Below are positions 37,683 to 45,916 of a DNA stretch of 50,882 bases, piece by piece. Source of the DNA: an uncultured Clostridia bacterium (GTDB taxonomy: Bacteria; Bacillota; Clostridia; Christensenellales; UBA1242); NCBI GenBank assembly GCA_944372325.1, contig CALVYR010000003.1, forward strand, positions 1 to 50,882, in the 5' to 3' direction. A model generated the notes under the pieces. The model saw nothing but the letters and a program-made list of their open reading frames with translations, was not told where the DNA came from and ran no database searches. Made by a program: the position numbers and the translations under genes. Position 1 is the first letter of the stretch; every line of letters starts with the position of its first letter.

Positions 37683-37771
37683 TTAAAATAAATAGTTAAA
37701 TAAATATTTAAATAAAATATTTAAATTAATTTAAAATATCTTATTAATCTTAAATTAATTTAAAATAAAAC

Positions 37772-37812
37772 AAAAAAAATCACATTTAATTTTTTTAAAT
37801 GTGATTTTTTTT
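37772..37812 (-). terminator. Rho-independent terminator of the 2,635-aa gene (bidirectional shape)
   Basis: An 11-bp stem ATCACATTTAA/TTAAATGTGAT is flanked by A8 and T8. It lies 6 nt beyond the minus-strand stop at 37818. Confidence 0.85.
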
Positions 37813-37817
37813 GTTTG

Positions 37818-40800
37818 TTATCTTACTTTCATCTTCTTTCTTAGTAGTATCATTACAACTACAAGTGCTACAACTACTACACAACCTATAACAATCATTA
37901 TAATTGCAAGTGTTGAAAGTGGTTGAACCTTTATAACTTTATAACTATAAAGAAGTCTTCCACTGTCTGTAAGTATTTGTATGAAGTAAGTTCCTGCGCC
38001 TCTTATTTCTAAGGTTTCTACAGTAGGTGAGGAGTTCTCTTCGTTTATATCAATAATTGTATTTCCTACAACTAATGAGCAGTCGCCTGCGTTGCTGTAA
38101 ATATTGTATGGGTTATATGTTACAATTATGTTATCCGTTGTGCTAGTTCCTTCTGGAACTGATACTTCAATAGGAATTTCAGCATCGTTTATCCAGAATT
38201 CAAAGCTAAAGCTTTGGTTTTCTAACTCGCCATTTGTTCTAATTGTAAGTTGATATCTTCCAGCGCCTGTCTGTTCGTCGTATAGTGATATTAAAACATT
38301 CTTATATACTATATACTCATCATCTGTGCCTTCATTATATACCACATATTTAGAAGATCTTGTAAGGTCTAAAGGTGAACCATCTTTTAAAACTGAAGTT
38401 ATTTCATAGTTTGCGAACTCAGAATATTCAAAGGCCCAACGGGTTTCATTTGCATTTATTATCGTAAATGAACTGCCTTCCTCTCTTACATCATTTCCGT
38501 TAATTCTAGCTGTAAAGTAAACTTCATAGAAGCCAGGTTCTGTAAATGTGTAAACTCCATCAACTCTTGAAATTTCATAATCTAAGCCATTCTTTGTAGC
38601 ATGTATAACTGGTTGATAACCTGTATCATAATAATCGCGTGTGCTATCTGGAATTGCAACTACAACTTCACCATTAAATATGCTGTTTTCAATTGGAGAT
38701 TCTCCGTTTGTTGTAAATACAACATTCTTAATAAATGTTAAGCTGTAGCTTTGGCTTTGATATCCAAAGGTTGGGTGAGTGAAGATGTGTACATTGCCTG
38801 CAAGGTCTTTAAATGTGATTGTATATTCACCGCTTAAACTTAAGTAAATTGAAGATTTTTCACCGCTTTGAGTTACTGTAGATGTGTTATAGATATTTTC
38901 TGCATTTGTGCCATATTTAATTTCAATTGAAATTTTATTTTCTTCAATTAAGTAGTAGCTATCCCATCTTATGTTTAGGCTATCTAGTTCTTGGTCGTCT
39001 ATTGTAGCTATAATGCTTGAAGCTATGCCTGTAAACGAGGTTTCTAAGCCATTACTATTAAAGTAGGTGAAGTTATTTATTATTGAAGAACTTCTTGGCA
39101 CTGTGGTTACAGCAATTGTCTTTTCATAGTAATTAATATTTGGATTACTGCTAGCATAATTGCTTATTTCATAGAATCTAGTTGTTGTACCATTTCTTAT
39201 TTCTTCTTGACCTATTAGCTCTCTAACAGTTATGTCTTGTTCTTCATTTTCATAGATTTCATAAGAAGAATTTACAATATAGTGGGTAGAGTAGGTTGTT
39301 CCGCTTTGAGTTGTATACGGGCTACCAGTTTCTACTGCAGCTTTGTAGCTACCACTGCTTTCATCATAATATGAAAGTTGATAGAAATCTCTTTGTGAAT
39401 CGGAAATTGTAAATGTTTTTGTTTCTAATAGGTGAGAGCCGTTTAAGGTTCCATAAATTCTAATTGTATAAGTTCCAACTTCTTCTACCACTGTGCCAGC
39501 ATTAAGGGCGGTTTCTTCGTTATTCCCAAATTGAATGGTAATTTCATAAGGGAAGAAGAATGAAGTGTCTACAGAAGGATCTAAATAATTTGTAAGGTTT
39601 GAATATTCTATTCTTAGTTGACCTGAGAAGATTGCAAATGAATCGAAAAGTGAATCTTTATTTGCGTCGTTTTTGTCATATAGGCTTATATTTGGTGTTA
39701 ATGTGTTGATAACAATTCTATAAACCTGAGATGAACCATCATTTACATTTGAAAGAGTAATTGTAAATTTATATATTCCTCCAGTAAATGGTAGGCTAGA
39801 AAGAATATCTGTAGGTTCTTTTAAGGTTATTACACCTAATGTTCTATCATTTGCAGGACTTGTGCAGGAATAGTAAATATTGCTTGTGTTAGGTGTTGGG
39901 TTGATAACTGCAACATCTGTAAGTATCTGTTGGAAGATAAATCTTGAGTTGTTTACTGTTAGATATTCAACAGATATTTTAGCATCATAATCTACTTCAT
40001 TATAGTAGAAGGTCATAGCTGATATACCATAATACCATGTGTTGTAATCTTCGTCTGTAATTTGAGCTATATCGCCGTTTACGGCATCGTTAATGACCGT
40101 TGTACCATATGTGTGAGCAATTGAATAAGTTTTGCCAAAGTTGTCTTCAAAGGTGTATCTATAAGCCACATTTGAAGGGTTTATTACCATGAATGTCCAA
40201 GAACTATTCGTGGTAGATGCTTGTATAGATTCGTTTGAACCAAAGGTACCAGTTGCTGTGTAAAGTTCAATAAATTCAACTGTTGCGTCTACCCATTCAC
40301 TGATTGTTATAGAGTTTAATGTTAGATAGCTTGTTGCTGAAATTACTATTCCTTCGCCATTTGAAGCAAGTGATACTGAAAGTTCTTCACCTGAACAATA
40401 GATATTAAATGTATACACTGCATTTCTTGCTGAATCTTGAATTTTGAGTTGTCTATAGTCTGAGGCTAGTGATACATCCATTGCTAGGATATCTCTTAAA
40501 GTTGCTGTAGTAGGGAAGGAAGTAGCAGAGCCTGACCAAGAAGAGATATTATAGAATGTATTTTTAGCTAAATATGGAGAAGCAAGATAGATAGTATTTC
40601 CTACAGAGAATACAAAATATCCTTGCGTGCCGATATTGAAATCGTATAGGCCAAATTGATTTACATTGAAGTAGTTTCTTGCGTAGATGCTTTGTGTAGG
40701 TGCTGAAGAAAGAAGGTTTAAATTATAATTTGAGAAGTTTATAGAACCTTCACCATTAGGGTTAGCGCCTGTTGCTTCAAGCATTGAAATATTTTGTGTG

Positions 40801-43800
40801 TTAATATTGTCTGGGTTTAAAACATATATTGTGTAAATGGAAATATTTCCAGCAAGATCAAATTCTATAATTTCATAGTAGGTGTTATCTTTAAATGTTG
40901 TTTCAAAGTTAGTGGTTGAAGTAATAAGTGTATGGCTTGCAATTGCATTTTGAGCGTTTACTACAGAGGTTTCTTGCCAGTATTGATTGATATTATATTT
41001 ACTGCCAGCTTCAAATTCTCTGTAGTAATAATAATAACCTTCACCATAGCCATTGGAAATGTTTGTTGGAGTAACAAAATTTCTAATTTCATCTGGTGTA
41101 AGCATAAATGAGAAGTAGGCAAGCACTCCAGTGTTAGTTGAAATGTTATATTTATAGCTTGTGCTTGTTCCAATATTACTTACGCTTAAACCATAGATAT
41201 TTTCGGTTTCTTCAAGGTTTACAAAGCGTCTTGCGTATTCTGCAAATTGATTGTTGTTTAATTCTGTTTTGTCTGCAAGTGATTGAAGCTTAGAAATTGG
41301 GGCTAGACGATCTATATAAAGTTGTCTTGTAATTGAATAGTAACCATTTTGATAGTCTTGGCCTTCATAAGCCATATACACAAACAAACTTGAACCATTT
41401 GCTATGCTTGATACATCAACATCAAAGTAATATGTGTTTAAAGAGCCTGATCTAATTGAGTTAATTGGTACATAGATAAGTGTTGAAGGATCATTTGAAG
41501 TGTAGTAATAAATTTTATCTGCTAAGCCATCTTCATTATTGTCTGTAAATTGGTCTATTCTAGCTAGATAATCGCTTGTAGGATCTGTCCAAGTAACTCT
41601 AACTGTTTCGCCGTTAAAATATGTAACAGCATTTTGATCTCCGCTAGGATAAGTGTTAAGTGCTTCATCTGCTGTTGTTGTAAAGCTAAATTCAGGAGCA
41701 ATATTTACAATTTCTACTATAAATGAAATTGAGGTTTGCGCATTAGGGTAGTTAGGGTTAGTGCTATTTTGAGTGATAGTTATTCTATAGAAACCTGCAT
41801 TTGTAATAATATTTGAAACAAAGTAGTTTGTTTTTTCATTCACTGTAAGATTTTCAAAAACTGAGTAATTTGCAAAGTCTTCTGTTTGTGAATAATCTAT
41901 TCTTACAGACAGATCAAAGCTTGTGTTAGATACATTTGCTCTAAAAGATGAGGTTTGGCTTATTCCAGAGAAGTTTGTTCTTGCAAGGTTTTGTATAGGT
42001 TGTCCGCTTGAAGATACTGTGCCATTATCTAAAATTTTTATGAACTCACCATTTTCATCCTTAGGAGAGAAATCTCCATAGTAGTAAGCAACTTGACTGA
42101 TAGGATCAACAACGCTGTAATAATAGTAAGAGATGTCGTTATGTGGGTTTACAGAGCTATTTGAGCCTGTTACAAATTTAAATTTAGGAACAAAAATTTG
42201 TACAGGAAGTTTGTTTGTTTCAAGTATTGCAATGTTATTGTTTGAATAAGTTCTGTATATCTCATTAAAGGTTTGCATTTCATCGCCTTGAAGCATGCTG
42301 ACATATATGTGTTGACCAATTAAACTCTTATATTCGCCGTCTGCTAGTGTTTCAGGTGATGATACTATGTTTTGTCTATCTATTATGAAAACATTTTTTC
42401 TAACTGCATAGTCGTATTTATCATTTGAGCTTGTGCTTTGTAAGTAGCTTTCTGTTTCTGATGTATATGTTCTTTCTATTACATATTTTCCTTCAAGAGT
42501 TCTATATGCTTGATTTATATAAGATACATTCACAGTATAGTAGTAGAAACCTTCATAGTCGCCAGATAGGGCAGTGGCAAGGTTGATGTTTTGTGTTCTA
42601 TCATAAATTACAAGTTCTGTGCAGGTGGAAGAAAGTTTATAAGTTGAATAGTCATTTGAATCTGAAACTGTTTCAAAAGGATAGTAATAAATTACAACTC
42701 TTTCCACGCTAATGTTATCGTTTGGCGAAGGTTTGAAAATATAAATAAACTGATTTACATTTTCATTTGAGGCTTCTCTTATACCAGACGCTATGTAATA
42801 TTTAATTCTTGTATTAACATAGTTTCTATTTATCGTATAAGAACTTGTATCCTCGTTGTATTGAACTTGGTAGCTATCTGTTGTTCCAACTTCGTTTAGA
42901 GCAGTGGTGTTCATGTTGTTTAAATCATTTAAATCTTCTGGAAGTATCAATACATCTGCACCAGAAGCATCTGAGGACACCTTAACATTCAACATAGCTG
43001 AGCTATCATTTACAAAGTGCTCTTGAGTTAGAGAGTTATAATATTGATTAGCTTCATCAATTATATAGAAGGTATAATTTGTTTCGTTGGCAACGCCATC
43101 TTGTATGAAGTAGATATCACGAGAATATACATTATTTAAGATAGTATAGGTATTTCCTGAAAGAAGGTAAGCGGTAGAACTTATTTCAGGACTAATGTAT
43201 AGGTTACCATCTGTAAAGTATTGGAAATCGTTAGAATTAGCAATTTTATCATCCAATATTATTTTTAGCCAAGCATCTAAGTTGTTATTTTCATCAATAA
43301 CCGTTCTATTTAAGCCTGTGCCAATTAGTTTATATTGTCCCCAATCTATAGTTGCGTCTGCTGAAATAACATTGTATGGTTTAACGGCTTCATAGGTGCC
43401 ATTGATCTTTTGTAGAATTAATGGGCTTGTGTTGTCTATTACAAAAGATGTGTAAGCCACATTTCCTGCTGAGTCCGTTATTTCAAATATGTATAAGCCC
43501 TCTTTAGTAAGTATGCTGGAATCTGAAACTACCGTTCTGTTTTCAGTGTTATTATAGATTGTTTCTATAAGTGTATTACCAACGCTGTAATCTAAGGTAT
43601 AGCCATTTCTTAAGGCATTGTTGTTATCAAAGAATGTTGTTGTAACAGCGTTGCTAAAGTTAGAACTATTAGGGTTATCTGTTATAGTAGAAGTCGTGAA
43701 CGGAATATATTTATAGTATGCTGTTGTCTGTGCGCCACTTGCTTTTTCAGACCATTCAAATGTAGCATAGGTGTTTGTGAAGTAATCTATAACGGCACCC

Positions 43801-45725
43801 TTTGTATAAGTTGAGCCCTGACCTTTCGTTGCTATCTTAAAGCCCATGCCTGTAATTGGCGTGCTATCTATTGTGAAGTAACTTACTCTATTTTTTGCAG
43901 TATTTTGGTCGTAATTAGCGCCATAATATAGAATAACCTTATAATTTCTATTTTCTGTTAAATTGTAACTGCCATCTTCATTTGCTTCAACATCTGAGTA
44001 TGTTCTAGAGGCGTAGTCTTTAGATTGAACTACTAATCTTACAGGTGAGTTGAATACACTCTGCTCTTCGATATGTACTTTTACTTCATTTTTTGTATAA
44101 CCGCCAGAGCCTAATGTGTTTGTTCCATCCTCTGTGATTTCTTCTGTGATAGGCTTAGGTGTTTCCGTTGTTATTTCAAAGTAGAAGTACTGAACAAACC
44201 TTGTGCTTGTATCTAATACGCCTGAAGATATATTATTTTCATAGGAATATGTTACCTTTAATAGATAAATTCCGTTGTCTGTGATTGAACTATTTGACCA
44301 GCTAGTTGTACTCCAAGTTTTGTTGACACTATCATATTTGTATAAAGCTGTTTCAGGACTATATAAAACTGTGTTGAATCTAAAAGATATTGGCGCTTGG
44401 TTGGTAGTTTGTGGTTTATATGTTTCTGGGTCTATTTGAATTGTTCCATCGTCTGCAATGATTGAATCTGGTTGATTTAATATGTTTTTATAAGTGATAT
44501 CTGCAGTTAGTGGAGTGCTTGAGTCATCAAGTTCTATTGTGTTTTCAGAGGTCAATTTTTTAAATTCTACCAAATTTCCAAGGTTTACATCGTTGTAATA
44601 AATTTGATATCCAAAAATATCTAGTTTATTTGGTTTTAGGTTATTTAAAGTTTCATTGTTTAACACTTCAAATTCCGATGGGGAAGCCACTGTATGTCCG
44701 TCCATTAGGTATATGTAGTTATAGGTTAAAACATATTCACCAATGTCATTGAAGGTTATCTCTACTGTTTTATCTGTAGTCAGCCTTGCCATAACAATGC
44801 TGTCACCGTCGATTACTGCGTTTGTTCCGTTATAGTAAACTGTTGCGTGTTCAATTTTCCCTTGGAAAGTTTTTTGAATTGAAACTGTAAATCTGCTACC
44901 ATCAAAACTCAGTGTAGGAAGGTTGAGAGTTGTATTTATGTTGGAATTTTGGTTTTGATAGTTGAAGAAATAATTTCTTTGATATGTTCTAGAAGAGTTT
45001 GCAAGGTTTTCCGTTCTAACATTTCTTGCAGTTACTCTGGCTTCTCCAGCAGAGGTTAAATAGTCTGTTTCGTTGAACACATAGAATGTAACAGAAAAGC
45101 TTTTAGCTGTTGAGGTTATGTAATCTGTTCCAGAAAATTCATAATAGTCGTTAAAGTTAAAAGTGTATTTACCAGTTCTAAAGTTTGCGTCTTGTGGATC
45201 TAGTTCTATGGTTAAATATTCAAATACCTTATGATAGCTAGAACTTGTTGTGCCATCATAGTTGTATCCAAAGTAGTGGATGTTTCCAATAGGGGAGGCT
45301 CCGCCTAAAAGTTCTTCAAGGTCTACTGCCTGTTCATCTCTTGTAACAGTTATTGAAGATAAAGATAGGTCTAATGGGAAGAACTGAGTGGCGTCTGGAT
45401 TTCCATCTAAGGTTGCGAAATCGTCAACTGTCAAACCATAGGAGGTGAAATCGGTATGAGAACTTAAGTTTAAACTTTTACCGTTACCTAAGCTTAAAAC
45501 AAGTTTTTCACCGCTCTTTAAAAGTATGGTTTCCCCACTTTGATAAGCTTGTACATCTGCATCTTCGCTATCCTTTACGACGGCGGAAAAGTAGGTTGGA
45601 ATATTTTCATCTACTGCTTTTGCTTCTTGCACAGTAGCTGTAGGAAAAATAGCTATGCCACAAACAAAGGTGCAAAGTGCAATAATTATTCCAAAAAACA
45701 GGTTTTTAATTTTTGTTGAATTCAT
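37818..45725 (-). CDS. Giant (2,635 aa) tail-anchored surface protein, all-beta and Ig-like-rich; family not recognised
   Basis: The signal peptide is 'MNSTKIKNLFFGIIIALCTFVCGIAIFPTATVQEAKA|VDE' and the SD is GGGGGA. The protein is N/T/S/Y-rich. Ig-like signatures recur, such as 'GLYIFEITDSAGNVAYTSFVID', 'YYEIIEFDLAGNISIYTIYV' and 'GEYTITFKDLAGNVHIF'. The C-terminal TM is 'LAIIMIVIGCVVVVALVVVMILL', followed by 'RKKMKVR'. Confidence 0.9.
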   Translation of the reverse strand: MNSTKIKNLFFGIIIALCTFVCGIAIFPTATVQEAKAVDENIPTYFSAVVKDSEDADVQAYQSGETILLKSGEKLVLSLGNGKSLNLSSHTDFTSYGLTVDDFATLDGNPDATQFFPLDLSLSSITVTRDEQAVDLEELLGGASPIGNIHYFGYNYDGTTSSSYHKVFEYLTIELDPQDANFRTGKYTFNFNDYYEFSGTDYITSTAKSFSVTFYVFNETDYLTSAGEARVTARNVRTENLANSSRTYQRNYFFNYQNQNSNINTTLNLPTLSFDGSRFTVSIQKTFQGKIEHATVYYNGTNAVIDGDSIVMARLTTDKTVEITFNDIGEYVLTYNYIYLMDGHTVASPSEFEVLNNETLNNLKPNKLDIFGYQIYYNDVNLGNLVEFKKLTSENTIELDDSSTPLTADITYKNILNQPDSIIADDGTIQIDPETYKPQTTNQAPISFRFNTVLYSPETALYKYDSVNKTWSTTSWSNSSITDNGIYLLKVTYSYENNISSGVLDTSTRFVQYFYFEITTETPKPITEEITEDGTNTLGSGGYTKNEVKVHIEEQSVFNSPVRLVVQSKDYASRTYSDVEANEDGSYNLTENRNYKVILYYGANYDQNTAKNRVSYFTIDSTPITGMGFKIATKGQGSTYTKGAVIDYFTNTYATFEWSEKASGAQTTAYYKYIPFTTSTITDNPNSSNFSNAVTTTFFDNNNALRNGYTLDYSVGNTLIETIYNNTENRTVVSDSSILTKEGLYIFEITDSAGNVAYTSFVIDNTSPLILQKINGTYEAVKPYNVISADATIDWGQYKLIGTGLNRTVIDENNNLDAWLKIILDDKIANSNDFQYFTDGNLYISPEISSTAYLLSGNTYTILNNVYSRDIYFIQDGVANETNYTFYIIDEANQYYNSLTQEHFVNDSSAMLNVKVSSDASGADVLILPEDLNDLNNMNTTALNEVGTTDSYQVQYNEDTSSYTINRNYVNTRIKYYIASGIREASNENVNQFIYIFKPSPNDNISVERVVIYYYPFETVSDSNDYSTYKLSSTCTELVIYDRTQNINLATALSGDYEGFYYYTVNVSYINQAYRTLEGKYVIERTYTSETESYLQSTSSNDKYDYAVRKNVFIIDRQNIVSSPETLADGEYKSLIGQHIYVSMLQGDEMQTFNEIYRTYSNNNIAILETNKLPVQIFVPKFKFVTGSNSSVNPHNDISYYYYSVVDPISQVAYYYGDFSPKDENGEFIKILDNGTVSSSGQPIQNLARTNFSGISQTSSFRANVSNTSFDLSVRIDYSQTEDFANYSVFENLTVNEKTNYFVSNIITNAGFYRITITQNSTNPNYPNAQTSISFIVEIVNIAPEFSFTTTADEALNTYPSGDQNAVTYFNGETVRVTWTDPTSDYLARIDQFTDNNEDGLADKIYYYTSNDPSTLIYVPINSIRSGSLNTYYFDVDVSSIANGSSLFVYMAYEGQDYQNGYYSITRQLYIDRLAPISKLQSLADKTELNNNQFAEYARRFVNLEETENIYGLSVSNIGTSTSYKYNISTNTGVLAYFSFMLTPDEIRNFVTPTNISNGYGEGYYYYYREFEAGSKYNINQYWQETSVVNAQNAIASHTLITSTTNFETTFKDNTYYEIIEFDLAGNISIYTIYVLNPDNINTQNISMLEATGANPNGEGSINFSNYNLNLLSSAPTQSIYARNYFNVNQFGLYDFNIGTQGYFVFSVGNTIYLASPYLAKNTFYNISSWSGSATSFPTTATLRDILAMDVSLASDYRQLKIQDSARNAVYTFNIYCSGEELSVSLASNGEGIVISATSYLTLNSITISEWVDATVEFIELYTATGTFGSNESIQASTTNSSWTFMVINPSNVAYRYTFEDNFGKTYSIAHTYGTTVINDAVNGDIAQITDEDYNTWYYGISAMTFYYNEVDYDAKISVEYLTVNNSRFIFQQILTDVAVINPTPNTSNIYYSCTSPANDRTLGVITLKEPTDILSSLPFTGGIYKFTITLSNVNDGSSQVYRIVINTLTPNISLYDKNDANKDSLFDSFAIFSGQLRIEYSNLTNYLDPSVDTSFFFPYEITIQFGNNEETALNAGTVVEEVGTYTIRIYGTLNGSHLLETKTFTISDSQRDFYQLSYYDESSGSYKAAVETGSPYTTQSGTTYSTHYIVNSSYEIYENEEQDITVRELIGQEEIRNGTTTRFYEISNYASSNPNINYYEKTIAVTTVPRSSSIINNFTYFNSNGLETSFTGIASSIIATIDDQELDSLNIRWDSYYLIEENKISIEIKYGTNAENIYNTSTVTQSGEKSSIYLSLSGEYTITFKDLAGNVHIFTHPTFGYQSQSYSLTFIKNVVFTTNGESPIENSIFNGEVVVAIPDSTRDYYDTGYQPVIHATKNGLDYEISRVDGVYTFTEPGFYEVYFTARINGNDVREEGSSFTIINANETRWAFEYSEFANYEITSVLKDGSPLDLTRSSKYVVYNEGTDDEYIVYKNVLISLYDEQTGAGRYQLTIRTNGELENQSFSFEFWINDAEIPIEVSVPEGTSTTDNIIVTYNPYNIYSNAGDCSLVVGNTIIDINEENSSPTVETLEIRGAGTYFIQILTDSGRLLYSYKVIKVQPLSTLAIIMIVIGCVVVVALVVVMILLRKKMKVR

Positions 45726-45757
45726 ATAATTTCCCCCATATAAATTAAACTGCTTTT

Positions 45758-45786
45758 ATTTTATCAAAAACCGACAAATTTCGCAA
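45758..45786 (-). promoter_or_regulatory. Sigma-A-type promoter for the 2,635-aa gene
   Basis: On the minus strand: TTGCGA, a 17-nt spacer, then TAAAAT. The -10 element ends 32 nt upstream of the ATG at 45725. Confidence 0.55.
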
Positions 45787-45871
45787 ATAAATTTAATATA
45801 TTATTTAAATATAATATATATAAATATTAGTCTTATTATAGTTTGAATAAAAATCAATAAAAAATTCATTT

Positions 45872-45903
45872 ATAAAAAATAAAACCAAGCAAATGCTTGG
45901 TTT
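45872..45903 (-). terminator. Rho-independent terminator downstream of the T4CP gene
   Basis: Stem AAACCAAGC/GCTTGGTTT with a 4-nt loop, followed on the minus strand by a T-rich run. It lies between the T4CP stop (45917) and the promoter of the giant gene. Confidence 0.75.
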
Positions 45904-45916
45904 ATTTAAAATTAAA

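Noticed and set aside
37579-37770. A possible CRISPR array, considered because of the regular short direct repeats.
   Set aside because: The units are 11-12 bp and strictly contiguous, with no unique spacers, and no cas genes are present. It is a tandem minisatellite or iteron-like array.
19811-45725. Sortase (LPXTG) anchoring of the two giant proteins.
   Set aside because: I scanned the LP-containing motifs in the 5,906-aa protein and examined both C-termini. I found no LPXTG followed by a hydrophobic and basic tail. Both proteins end in a plain TM helix plus a basic tail.
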